The notes beneath the pieces were generated by a model, which was not told where the DNA came from, made no database searches, and was given only the letters and a program-made list of their open reading frames with translations. A DNA stretch of 64,000 nt from Octopus sinensis (Eukaryota), in NCBI RefSeq assembly GCF_006345805.1, contig NC_043006.1:16368001-16432000 (forward strand). Reading direction: 5' to 3'. Each line of letters opens with the position of its first letter. Within the stretch, counting starts at the first letter, position 1. Shown in pieces: positions 11,330-24,180 of this stretch. Made by a program: the position numbers and the translations under genes.

Positions 11330-11755
11330 TATATTCTTTTAGTCATTTGACTGTGGCCATGCTGGAGTACTACCTTAAAGGGTTTTAGTCGAAGAAATCG
11401 ACCCCAGGACTTATTCTTTGTAAGCCTAGTACTTATTCTATTAATCTCTTTTGCCAAACTGTTAAGTTACGGGGACATAAACATACCAGCATCGGTTGTC
11501 AAGCAATGGCGGGGGTGGGGACTCACACACACACACATAATAACGAAAAACGAAAAATCACAAGAGAAAAACATGAGGATGTAGTACATTCAAAGTATAT
11601 ATGACAGGCTTCTTTCAGTTTCCATCTACTAAATCCACTCAAGGTTTTTGGTCAGCTTGAGGCTATAGTAGAAAACACTTGCCCAAGGACCCACACAGTG
11701 GGACTGAACCCAGAACGATGTGGTTGGGAAGCAAGCTACTTACCACATAGCCACA
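11330..11755 (-). mobile_element. SINE family A copy
   Basis: TAGTCATTTGACTGTGGCCATGCTGGAG ... GCAAGCTACTTACCACATAGCCAC. Confidence 0.75.
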
Positions 11756-12014
11756 ATATATATATACCAGTTCACTCTGTTATGTGGTTGACATTGGAAA
11801 GGGCATCTCACTGTAGAAATCATACTAAAGCTGACAATGCAGCTTGTTGGAGTCCTCCAGCTCAGCAGTTCTTGTTAAACCATTCAACTCCTGTCTGCAT
11901 AGAAAACAAAGTGTTAAACGGTGATAATGATAATGCTGGTATATAGCTGGGTGCATCCAGACATGCATATAATAGCACTTAGATACAGAAGCTGTATATA
12001 TATATATATATATA

Positions 12015-12397
12015 TCTCTCTATATAAACGGCAGTTTGTCTGTGTGTGTTTCTGTGTGTCTGTTTTCTCGTACCCTCACTCTGACCACGGCTTTCAACCG
12101 ATTCTGATGAAACTTGACACACACATAGCCCAATGTCATAATTCAAAACTAACGCAGCGAAAATTTTGAAAAGTTCCCCCAGTTCTGAAAAAAATCGATA
12201 AATTCGACATGGGGTCGAGAATCAGAAACCCAAACCACAGACCGTCATGGGGACGCAACTCCACCTTTTTTAACTCTCAAAAAAAATTTACCATCATTTT
12301 TTTTCCATTTTTTTGCTATTTTTTGGCTATAACTCTCTAAAAATGCTTTATAGTTATTTCCCTTACAAACCTGAGCAACGCCGGGCGATACTGCTAG
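12015..12397 (+). mobile_element. Non-autonomous Helitron
   Basis: A|TCTCTCTATATAAA 5' end, subterminal hairpin CCTGAGCAACGCCGGG, CTAG|T 3' end, inserted in (TA)n. Confidence 0.78.
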
Positions 12398-12558
12398 TAT
12401 ATATATATATATATATATAAATATATATATATATAAAGAGAGAGAGAGAGAGAGAGATATTGATAAATAGATAATATTGATTTTGACTGGAATTTCAAAT
12501 TTCATCTTCAACAGCTTATTCAAGCTGTTAATGGTAAAATTTGAAGTCCATTTAAATC

Positions 12559-12607
<49 letters not shown>

Positions 12608-13211
12608 GAGAGAGAGAGAGAAAGTGTGTGTGTGTGTGTGTGTAAACAAAAATTAATGAATGGGTTAGATTATTTGTGTGTGTGTGTGTGTGTATCACTT
12701 TTTTACAGCGGAACTTGAAGTAGATAGAACTATATAAATGATGATGTGTAAATTAAAAACCCCTTTTGATAGAAAATGTTGAAGTTTGCTGATAGGACAC
12801 AAACCCACATCTTGTGTAAACGTAATAACTGTTCTACCATACAACAAACACTATGGGACTAAACCTGAAGCCATGTGGTTGGGAAGCAAACTTCTTAACC
12901 ACACACACACAGATGTGTGCATGTATTTACATTTGCCCTTCATGAAAATCTCTAGCTACTAATAGTGTTGTTGCATCTCCTCTTACCAAATTGTCTGCAT
13001 CACTCTGTGCCTTCCTATATGAAATGAGAAATCCCTTGAATGACAAGAGTTCACAACAGGACAAGTAGGCATTTTTTTTTCTTTGCAGAGTATATATATT
13101 TTAGCCATGCTTTCCGATCCACCATATAACTGAAATATTCCACAAGTTCAACTTTAAATCATTTTAACCTCGTCCTCCCCAACTTTTTTTCTCTAGCCCA
13201 CCTAAAACTTA

Positions 13212-13472
13212 AAAATAAATAAATGCGCCCTTTTAAAGCCTAGCCAGGCTCATGGGCCCGGTTTCCCGGTTTCTATGGCGTATGTGTCCCCCAGCTGGAC
13301 GGGACGCCAGTCCATCGCAGCGTTACTCATTTTTACCAGCTGAGTGGACTGGAGCAACGTGAAATGGAGTGTTTTGCTCAAGAACACAATGCGTTGCCTA
13401 GTCCAGGAATCGAAACCACAATCTTACGATCATGATGCTGACACCCTAACCACTAAGCCACGCGCCTCCACG
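13212..13472 (-). mobile_element. tRNA-derived SINE family E (CORE-like plus V-domain-like segment)
   Basis: Head GGAGGCGCGTGGCTTAGTGGTTAGGG, B-box GTTTCGATTCC, CTGCGATGGACTGGCGTCCCGTCCAG; 13-bp TSD CACCTAAAACTTA (13199-13211, 13473-13485). Confidence 0.85.
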
Positions 13473-13509
13473 CACCTAAAACTTACCCTAAAACAAACTT
13501 CTGTTTTAA

Positions 13510-13729
13510 CCTTGTAGCATTTAAACCAGCCATAATAACCAAGCCCAAGTATTCTGCCTGTCTTACGTTCAAACTGACCAGATCTAGCCTCTCACACTTA
13601 CCCTACATTGTCATTCTAAAAATAAACAATCACATCGTTGAAATCTTGAAGCTATGAGATAGTGCAGGATTAAAAACAGTGGGAATAAATATGTATTACA
13701 TTTGACAGAGTAATCTGAATGCTAAAGCT
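13510..13729. mobile_element. Degenerate piggyBac-type MITE
   Basis: TTAA-CCTTGTAGCATT ... AATGCTAAAGCT-TTAA. Confidence 0.5.
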
Positions 13730-13974
13730 TTAAAGTGAAATAAAATTTAAACTTTCAATCAAAATTTCATGTTAATTTATATTCCAAATACTAGCTTAAT
13801 AAGGATTTTTTTTACTAAATTTTTCATTATTTTCAAAAAAAAAAAAATTGAAACAAGTGCAGTGTTTTACAACAGGAATATGGTAACAAAAAGGGTTCAG
13901 TATTTTACAGATGAATGATCTTCCAAATACCAAATTTGCTTCTGTACTTTTGGTAATGCTGATATATATATATA

Positions 13975-14350
13975 CTAGCAGTATTGCCCGGCATTGCTTG
14001 GGTTTGTTTCTACCCTTTAGGATTGGAATTTTTGAAAAGTAAAAATTTTGCATTATGTAGCTTGTTATTCTCTTTAAGTGAACATTTTTCTGGTTGAAAT
14101 ACACCAAAAATGGCAACACAGCATGCAAAAAATAAAAAAAAATTGGGATTTTCATAGAAAAAAAAGCACCTTTTTGATGTAAATAATTTTTGGTCTTAAC
14201 ATGGTCTGATTTGAATGGAAGAGCAAGCCTTTTTCTATCATACTCTCAATTTTGGTCAACTTGTGCTGCAGGGTCTCGCAGGAGATAGTGTTAGTTGAAG
14301 GCTAACAAACCTGCTATACACAGACAACTTCAAGTTTATATATATATAGA
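13975..14350 (-). mobile_element. Non-autonomous Helitron with the same termini as 12015-12397 but a different interior
   Basis: Minus strand starts TCTATATATATAAA and ends CCCAAGCAATGCCGGGCAATACTGCTAG|T. Confidence 0.75.
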
Positions 14351-14753
14351 TATAGATATATACACACACACACAGATAATTTAGTAGTAGGAATAGGTTA
14401 TAGATAACATCTGCTGGTTCTTAGATTATGAACAATCTATTTATCTGTTTTTTGATCTTTCTCATGCATTTTGCAGATTTTCAAAATGCGTGGAACCCCC
14501 TGCTTGCTTCTGTAGGTCTATAGGTTAGTCCCAGCTTGTCCATATTTGAATTTACCCTCATCCATTTTCCCTTAACTGCTATTTTAGTTGATCCCACATC
14601 CACTCCCATTTTTGGGTTCTTATCATGCACATATTTGTTTTTCTGTTAATTACACAAGATCTCCCTTCATTTTTCCTTTCCTTGGTATTTTACTGTAATT
14701 TTAAAGATACATAGTATCCATTGTCATTGTGTTAAATGTATCATTTGTAGAAT

Positions 14754-15136
14754 GAGTGGCTGTGCGGTAAGTAGCTTGCTTACGAACCACATGGTTCCGA
14801 GTTCAGTCCCATTGCATGGCACCTTGGGCAAGTGTCTTCTACTATAGCCTTGGGCTGACCAAAGCCTTGTGAATGGATTTGGTTGACGGAAACTGAAAGA
14901 AGCCCGTCGTATATATATATATATGTATATGTTTGTGTGTCTGTGTTTGTCCCCCCAACATCGCTTGACAACCGATGCTGGTGTTTTTACGCCCCCGTAA
15001 CTTAGTGGTTCGACAAAAGAGACCGATAGAATAAGTACTAGGCTTACAAAGAATAAGTCCTGGGGTCGATTTGCTCGACTAAAGGCGATGCTCCAGCATG
15101 ACCACAGTCACATGACTGAAACAAGTAAAAGAGTAA
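14754..15136 (+). mobile_element. SINE family A copy
   Basis: Near full-length match to family A. Confidence 0.85.
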
Positions 15137-15547
15137 TGGGAATTGGTGATACTTAATTTTCAATAACTTTCAGGGTTGGCTTAGGTAATTATTGTTCATA
15201 AAAGGGCAATACTACACAAACAACATATCCTTTAAAGTTTGGTTTCTTGGAGATCAGTTATGATCTCTTTATTTATAATTATTTTATATCACAATTTTTG
15301 AAAATAGCATCAGGTATCACCAAGCTTTTGGCAAAATTTGATGCAGATTCTCAGCTCAACTTTCTCTGTTATGGTCAATGTGATGATCACATGCTACACA
15401 CCTTCCTTCCAAACAGCAATAGTGAGCTAGAATGCTAAAACTTAGTGCGCATGCACAGCAGAGTTCAAAGTCAATCTGTGCCAAGTGGTTAAACTGTGCT
15501 TTAGCTTCATTACTATGCAACGTCCAGAGACTAATTGATCAGATTGC

Positions 15548-15548
<1 letters not shown>

Positions 15549-15607
<59 letters not shown>

Positions 15608-15927
15608 TGTATGTGTGTTGTGTGTGTATGTATGTATATGTATGTATATATATATATATGTATTATATATATGTTGTGTGTATGTATGTATATGTATGTA
15701 TATATATATATGTATATATATATGTATGTGTGTGTGTATGTATGTATATGTATGTATATATATAATATGTATATATATATGTATGTGTGTGTATGTATGT
15801 ATATGTATGTATATATATATATATGTATATATATATGTATGTGTGTGTGTATGTATGTATATGTATGTATATATATATATGTATATATATATATGTATAT
15901 ATATATATGTATGTATATATATATATG

Positions 15928-15990
<63 letters not shown>

Positions 15991-16153
15991 ATATGTATGT
16001 ATGTAATATGTATGTATGTATATATGTATGTATATATGTAGTATGTATGTATGTATATATGTATGTATGATATAATGTATGTATGTATATGTATGTATGT
16101 ATATATGTATGTATGTATGTATGTATATATGTATGTATATATATGTATGTATG

Positions 16154-16210
<57 letters not shown>

Positions 16211-16273
16211 GTATATATGTATGTATATATGTATGTATGTATATATGTATGTATATATATATGTATGTATGTA

Positions 16274-16309
<36 letters not shown>

Positions 16310-16827
16310 TGTATATATGTATGTATGTATGTATATATGTACGTATGTATATATGTATGTATGTATATATGTATGTATGTATGTATATATATATATGTAT
16401 GTATGTATATATGTATGTATGTATATATATATGTATATATGTATGTATGTATATATGTATATATATATGTATGTATGTATATATGTATGTATGTATATAT
16501 GTATGTATATATGTATGTATATATGTATGTATATATGTATGTATATATGTATGTATATATATATGTATGTATATATATATGTATGTATGTATATATATAT
16601 GTATGTATATATATATGTATGTATGTATATATATATGTATGTATGTATATATATATGTATGTATGTATATATGTATGTATATATGTATGTATGTATATAT
16701 ATATGTATGTATATATGTATGTATGTATATATGTATGTATGTATATATATGTATGTATGTATATATATATATGTATGTATATATATATATGTATGTATGT
16801 ATATATGTATGTATGTATATATATATG

Positions 16828-16866
<39 letters not shown>

Positions 16867-16879
16867 GTATATATGTATG

Positions 16880-16915
<36 letters not shown>

Positions 16916-16960
16916 TATATGTATGTATGTATATATATACACACACACACACACATATAT
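15549..16960. repeat. Compound (TA)n/(TATG)n microsatellite, about 1.4 kb
   Basis: Directly visible; source of the long Y/I/M/C/V pseudo-ORFs. Confidence 0.97.
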
Positions 16961-17370
16961 AGCCTTGTGAGTGGATTTTGTAGACGGAAACTGAAAGAAA
17001 CCTGTCATATCATCATCATCATCATCGTTTAACGTCCGCTTCCCATGCTAGCATGGGTTGGACGATTTGACTGAGGTCTGGCGAACCAGACTCCAATCTG
17101 ATCTGCCCGAGTTTCTACAGCTGGATGCCCTTCCTAATGCCAACCACTCTGAGAGTATCTATGTATGTATATGTTTGTGTGTCTGTGTTTGTCCTCCCCA
17201 CCATCACTTGACAACCGATGCTGGTGTGTTTACATCCCCAAGAGACCAATAGAATAAGTACTAGGCTCACAAAGAATAAGTTCTGGGGTCAATTTGTTTG
17301 AGTTTGACTAAAGGCAGTGCTCCAGCATGGCCACAGTCAAATGACTGAAACAAGTAAAAGAGTAAAGAAT
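16961..17370 (+). mobile_element. 5'-truncated SINE A interrupted by a family C 3' fragment (about 17009-17158, minus)
   Basis: GCCTTGTGAGTGGATTTTGTAGACGG...GTCATAT | CATCATC...GAGAGT | ATCTATGTATG...GTAAAAGAG. Confidence 0.75.
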
Positions 17371-17959
17371 GATATATATAATCCTGATCATTTTTTTGTT
17401 TTTGTTTACATTTGCTTTCCATGCTGGCTTTTAACAGGATATTTTAACAGGATATTTTAAAAGGATCCAATAGGTTGGTAGATTATATCCTGCTCCAGTC
17501 TCAGTTTTGGCATGCTTTTTATGGCTTAGTTCCATCCTAATGCTGTATATTCTACAGAGTGCATTGTATGCTTTCTTGTAGCGCCACTGCTAATGAGGTT
17601 GCCTTATAACTTACATAACCAAAGAGCCTCTTCAACTGAGAAGGAGGATAGGCGATAAGGTGGTTTCGTTAAAGCAAGGCGTTGAGAGGTTAATTTATGG
17701 TGGGGGAGAAAGAGTATATTTACTATTGTAAAGGAGATTCAGGGCTACTTTGCATTTTACATGGGTGTAAGATGTTTATAAGAATTTAGAAATTTTAAGA
17801 GGTATGAAGTGAATTGTTTTTTGTAATGATGGAACTTGAAGTAGATAATGGCTCTTATTTAAAACAGCAATTTTTGGGGTTTTTTCTATCATAGAACAAG
17901 TGATTGTCCCTGTATGTTCTCATCTGAATAATTAACCCTTTTGTTGAAATATTCTGTAC

Positions 17960-18797
17960 GTGAGAAGACCAGGCAGGACAAGTGAGCCCAGCCCACTTAT
18001 GAATGCCTTCCTCCTTGGACACAAAGACCGGTTGAGGAGGCAAGCGAAGTCGATATAGAACCTCATCCGACGACAGACACCCATGCCAACCCCCCATGCT
18101 TGCGAAGACATGTTGGGGCAAGCGAAATCGAAATCGAAACCGATTGAAACCAGCCAGGATCCCTGGCCTGGTGGTACGTAAAAAGCACTATCCGACTCGT
18201 GGCCATGGCACGTAAAATACTCCAATGCGACCGTACGACAGGCACCCATGCCCAACCCCTTTGCTTGTGAAGACATGTTGGGGCAAGCGAAATCGAATTG
18301 AACCAGCCAGGATCCCTGGTCTGGTGGTACGTAAAAAGCACTATCCGACTCGTGGCCGTGGCACGTAAAATACTCCAATGCGACCGTTATGACAGGCAAC
18401 CTTGCCAACCCCCTTTGCTTGTGAAGACCATGTTGGGGCAAGCGAAATCGAAATCGAATTGAACCAGCCAGGATCCCTGGTCTGGTGGTACGTAAAAAGC
18501 ACTATCCGACTCGTGGCCGATGCCAGCACCGCCTCGACTGGCTTCCGTGCCGTGGCACATAAAATACACCAATCTGACCGTGGCCGTTGCCAGCCCCGCC
18601 TGGCACCTGTGCAGGTGGCACGTAAAAAGCACCCACTACACTCACGGAGTGGTTGGCGTTAGGAAGGGCATCCAGCTGTAGAAACATTGCCAAATTAGAC
18701 TGGAGCCTGGTGCAGCCTTCTGGCTTCCCAGAACCCCGGTCGAACCGTCCAACCCATGCTAGCATGGAGAACGGACGTTAAACGACGACGACGACGA
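17960..18797 (+). mobile_element. Family C retroposon with a triplicated block of about 160 bp
   Basis: Blocks start at 18071, 18236, 18390; RTE-type end GGCGTTAGGAAGGGCATCCAGC...GGACGTTAAA(CGA)n. Confidence 0.85.
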
Positions 18798-18843
18798 TTT
18801 TCATCGAAATAAACTACTTTTATTTCAATTAATTTTTAATTTA

Positions 18844-19063
18844 CCCTTTCGTTACCAATCCGGCTGAAACCAGCCCTGACTCTGAGTACAAATGTCTTGT
18901 TTTCATAAGTTTTGAATTAAAATCTTCCACCAAACCTTAGTCACAATTTATGTTCCTAACACTAGCTTAATGATAACTAAGTTATTTTACTAAATTCTTT
19001 GTTATATTTAAAATAATTGAGAGAAACACAAAGCATCTCAAAATAAATACAGTAAAGAAAGGG
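18844..19063. mobile_element. piggyBac-type MITE (about 220 bp)
   Basis: CCCTTTCGTTAC / GTAAAGAAAGGG-TTAA termini; inverted sister copy at 39909-40131. Confidence 0.75.
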
Positions 19064-20489
19064 TTAATGGATTTAGTAAAATAACTTTGTCAATATTAAG
19101 ATAATGTTTGAAACAAATTAGCTTCAAATTTTAATGTAAGGTTTTAACTTCAGATCACAGAACACAAGTGTGTTGCTATCAAAAGGATTGAATTAATAGT
19201 CAAATGCAGAGGATTGTGTTAGTTATTTTTATTATAATAAAGATATGTTTATATAATTGTGACATGTGTATCATACAAAAAGTTGTAAGGGGTCACATGT
19301 GGGTCGTGATTGTTTTAGAGTTTGAAACCAACTTTCATCAGCGTCATTTTGATTTGTTTGTTTTAGTTGATCTTCTGGACAAAGTTTTTAGAAAGTTATT
19401 AATTTTTGCTGTAAGTAAAATTTAATTTATGCACTGCAAGTCTGTGTTCACAATCTCATATATATATATGTGTGTAATATATATATATTTATTGTATTCC
19501 TGGTTTTTATGCACTAAGCCACTTGGTGTTAAATTGATGGTACTATTAAATTAGTATCCAATTTTCTCACCCTTATTAGTTGATTATATATATATATATT
19601 ATATATATATATATATATATATTTGTGAGTATGTGTGTGTTGTTCACCATTTGGTGGTTGTTTCAGTGTTGTTCATTTAGCACATTGTTCTTAGTAGTTT
19701 GACTACAATTAGCAAATAGTTTTTTAGGTGTTGTCTGTATTCTATTCAAAAGTTTATCTCTTATAAAAAAAAAAAATTTTTTTTTAAATTCTCAAAACAC
19801 TGCATGGTAGAAATGGATACCAAAGTATTAGTCTTTCTCTGTAATTCTGGGTATTACATCCTCGGTTTTTTTGATATTTTATTGAAAAAGATAAATAAAA
19901 GAATGATACTATTCTCTATATGCAAAACATGTTATAATTTACTGTTGGTTGTTTCATAAATTTTCCCAGTCACATTTTCTTCGTTTGCTGTTATCCTAAT
20001 TACATATATTTGTATTTTGTTAATTTGAAATAGTTTAATATACTTTCCTGGTAATATCTACCAGAAATCTATGAAGACTATAGCTTTTTCATTTTCTTTT
20101 TATCTGAGTCCACTCATGCATTAGGACAGGGAACCATGTGGTTCCAAACAGTGAAATATTGCATCACCAAATAAGGCACTTTACTTACTAAAGTCCTCAA
20201 ATGAGATCTCAAAATCATTGTGAGGGGCAGTAGCTAAGTGACTCAGACACTGAACTCAAGGCAGCCTGCTCTGGCAATGGTCTAGTGTTGAAAAACCACA
20301 GGGTAACGCCATTTGTAGGAAAGGTTAGAAAGGTAAAGGCATCCAGCCGTAGAAACCCAAACCAAATTAGACTAGAACCAGGGGCAGCTCTCCAGTTTTC
20401 CAGCACTGGTCAAACCATCCAATTTATACCTGCATAGAAAACGGATGTTAAAGGAGGAGGATGATGTTGAATGAGAAAATAATTCCTTA

Positions 20490-20863
20490 GACCTGTTGAG
20501 GCAAGTGAAATCAGAATCGAAATCGCTCAAAAATCAATGGAAATTGTAGTTGTGATACCAGTGCCGGTGGCACGTAAAAGAGCCATCTTGACGTGGCCTT
20601 TGCCAGTTCCGCCCTGACTGGCCTCTGTGCCAGTGGCACGTAAAAAGCACCAACCGATCGTGCCCGTTGCCAGCCTCGCCTGGCACGTAAAAAGCACCCA
20701 CTACACTCACAGAGTGGTTGGCGTTAGGAAGAGCATCCAGCTGTAGAAACACTGCGAGATCGGACTGGGCCTGGTGCAGCCTCCTGGCTTCCCAGACCCC
20801 AGTCGAACCGTCCAACCCATGCTAGCATGGAAAACGGACGCTAAACGATGATGATGATGATGA
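20490..20863 (+). mobile_element. Family C retroposon
   Basis: Several TGGCACGTAAAA units then the RTE-type tail and (GAT)n. Confidence 0.82.
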
Positions 20864-21469
20864 AGTAGGTAAGAGTTGGCAAAAGAAATCTGCCTCTGCC
20901 TCAATAAATTTCTCTCTGATGCATGCTCACGTGGAATAGTAGATGTTAAAACAATTAGGGTAATTATAATGTTGATGTAAACTGCATTAGTTACAATGTT
21001 CGCATTCACTCTACCGTTTGTTCCTGAGATTGTTGTTTCAATATTAATGTCTTTTTTTTTTTTTTACAAACTTTTGATGAGAATAAAGCTAATTTTCTGT
21101 AGGTGGGGTTTAATGTCTAGTGTAGTGTCAGATTCCTGAAAGCAGTCAGTAAACTGAAGCACCTAGGTAATGTGATAAATCTTATGTTGTCAATGTATCT
21201 CCCATTCACTTGATTCTACAGAAACCAAAGATAAGCGTTAACCCTCGCAATCATTGTACCCCAGCAGAACATAAAGATTTCATGTGTTTAACAATGCACA
21301 CATATGCACCTGCATTTCGTTTGGAACTTTATAGTAACATCGTAATGTGCGTGTATAAAAAAAAAATTAATTACAAACTCTTGAAAATATAAGAGTTCTT
21401 TGCAAAATATCAAACTGATGAAGAATCATGAACAAATCAACTGCCTCCTTCTCTTTCACTCTGTCTGTC

Positions 21470-21605
21470 TATCTGTCTCTCTCTCTCCCTCTCATGCACT
21501 CTCTCTCCCTCCCTCTCTCTCCCTCTCTTGCACTCTCTCTCCCTCTCATAACTCTCTCTTTCTCTATCTCTCTCTCTCTCTCTTTCTCTCTTTCTCTCCT
21601 CTTTC
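21470..21605. repeat. Degenerate (CT)n polypyrimidine microsatellite
   Basis: Directly visible. Confidence 0.9.
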
Positions 21606-22086
21606 ACAGTTAAGTAGGCAACTATTCCATCTTTATTTAAAATGCCCGAATTTACAACAAAAATACCCTATCTATGCTAGCATCGAGAAATAGATATGAA
21701 ATAGAAAAATATGTATGTGCACACTTTTGTATACTGCTATTGTAGTATCTATCCTACACTTATAATTTGATACCCAGACAAGTCAATATCTAAACCATAT
21801 GTCAGCTAACCAGATAATTCAGTACCTTAACTCTTGTACTCACCCATAGCATTTATTCACAGGTATAGTAATATGGAACAGGTAATTCTTCTAGTATGCT
21901 CCATTACCATCAGGATCTTCTCCTAATTAACTCTTAACTTCCTGTACAACACAGGAGTATATCAGTCAGCCAGTACTGAATTGCATATCACAAGAATCAT
22001 ACAAAGCTTGTTTACATGTATCTTGAATGAAAGAAATAGAGAACTCTCTAACATCTGGGAGAAGCTCTCGTCCCTTTTATTAGTCA

Positions 22087-22449
22087 CTAGCACTATGACC
22101 CTGCAATGCCAGGTCATAGTGCTTGTGCATGCATATACAGCTACGTGCGTGCGCACATACACGCGAGTACTGTCCAAATCTCCGACCAATCACATACAGC
22201 TAGCTGGCATTCAATTGTAGTATCAAGTTTCGCGCATTTTGATTGGGTTTTGGATAGAAAATTCACAAAAAAGTCACTTCTATTGATTTTTTTTATGACT
22301 TTGTGGGGTCACGGGAAATGTAAAGATGTGCACGACCACCCTTGGATGGATTTGAATGACCATAGAAAGTGCGAGCCCTCTAAGTGAAAAATTGTGGATT
22401 TGTATAAAGGACACACACACAGACATTTTGCCGTTTATATGTAGAGAGA
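22087..22449 (-). mobile_element. Non-autonomous Helitron, third interior type
   Basis: Minus 5' TCTCTACATATAAACGGCA matches 12015; 12-bp hairpin AGCACTATGACC/GGTCATAGTGCT abuts terminal CTAG|T. Confidence 0.7.
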
Positions 22450-22962
22450 TTTCTGTTTTGTATTGGAATCATTACTGGACTGGGCTTTCACTTAGAAAAT
22501 TTACAGCAGGATGTAAAGAGTGAGCAACCTAGATAATTTCAAATAATTTTGATTTTTACCTAGGTCTAGATACTGACTTGAATATATTCATTTGCCCTCC
22601 ACAATCAGGCTAATTAATTAATTGGGGTGGGAGTAATGTTTTCTGAAGTACATGATTTTTTTCCCATTCTGTTACTGTAACTTCAACCAAGTTGGAACCA
22701 ATTCCATCTGTTTATGCTATTTGTCAGTTAATTTTGATTTTAAGTTACCAGTGCTTATGGCATTTAGTATATTACATGTCAGGTACATTTACTGGAGTTC
22801 ATTCTGTGGCAAGCATCAAAAATAGTAACCACCACCGACAACAACAACCACCACCACCACCACAATGATTTCCCTCCGTGCAGATGTTCCAAGAAGTTTG
22901 TAAAGGTCATAGGTTTAACACTTCTTGTGATTAACTTGAAAAAAAAAAATAAATAAATTGAT

Positions 22963-23325
22963 TCATCATCATCATCATCATCGTTTAACATCCGCTTTCC
23001 ATGCTAGTATGGGTTGGACGATTTTGACTGAGGGCTGTACCAGGCTCCAGTCTTGATCTGGCAGAGTTTCTACAGCTGGATGCCCTTCCTAACGCCAACC
23101 ACTCCGAGAGTGTAGTGGGTGCTTTTTACGTGCCACCAGCACGGGGGCCAGTCAGGTGGTACTGGCAACGACCTCGCTTAAATCTTTTAACACATGCCAC
23201 CAGCACAGGTGCCAATAAGGCGACGCTGGTAACAATCACGCTCGAATGGTGCCCATTTACATGCCACCAGCACGGAAGCCAGTTAGCCGCTCTGGCAACG
23301 ATCACGCTCGGATGGTGCTCCTGTG
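22963..23325 (-). mobile_element. Family C retroposon with about 4 diverged VNTR units
   Basis: (CAT)n tail and CCACCAGCAC units. Confidence 0.8.
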
Positions 23326-23804
23326 TTGTACAGGAAGTTAAAAGTTAATTAGGAGAATATCCTGATGGTAATTGAGTATAGTAGAAGAAATACCTGTTCC
23401 ATATTACTATAGTAATAGTTCCATATTACTATAGTAGGGTGATTATAATTTGAAATTTTACAAGTACTTAATACTTATTGTTGATATAAGCACTGCACTG
23501 GGTCAGAAATTTTAGGTGTTAGCAATTAGACAGATTCCAGTTCTTGACGGCTTTGTTTCTATAACTGACACTCGAAGGAGAAATGGCAAAAGCAACTCCA
23601 ACAAGATTTTTGAACTCAAAATCCAAAAAGTTGTGACTAAAAAATGGCAAGGAACCAATATTAATTAAAGCAATGCAGTAATAGACAATGTTCCGTCTAA
23701 TTGTTTTAATTTATTTTTTTGCTGTTGGTATGTGGAGAAATTTAGATTGTGTGAAAATTTCATCTTTTCAAAGAATGTGCATGACCATATGAATAACCTT
23801 TATT

Positions 23805-24180
23805 CTTTTACTTGTTAGTCATTTGACTGTGGCCATGCTGGAGCACCACCTTTTAGTCGAACAAATCGACCCCAGGACTTAATTTTTTGTAAGCCTAGTA
23901 CTTATTCTATTGGTCCCTTTTGCTGAACTGCTAAGTTACAGGAACAATAGCACACCACCATCATCAAGTGATGATGGGGGGGGGGACAAACACAGACACA
24001 CAAATACATACATATATATAATAAATACATATATATATATATATATATATGACAAGCTTCTTTCAATCTATTCAAAAGGTCTTAGTTGTCCCAAGGCTAC
24101 AGTAGAAGACACTTGCCAAGGTGCCACGCAGTGGGACTGAACCTGGAACCATGTGGTTTAAGAAGCAAGCTTCTTACCTC
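23805..24180 (-). mobile_element. SINE family A copy
   Basis: Match to family A consensus. Confidence 0.75.

Noticed and set aside
15300-15548. Possible mariner remnant
   Set aside because: Similarity rests on recollection only; no TIR pair or ORF could be verified
15432-17032. Long ORFs up to 504 aa
   Set aside because: Translations of stop-free TA/TATG microsatellite (Y/I/H/T or M/Y/V/C only)
19300-19345. Minus-strand CTGATGA with a short stem
   Set aside because: No GAAA at the required position
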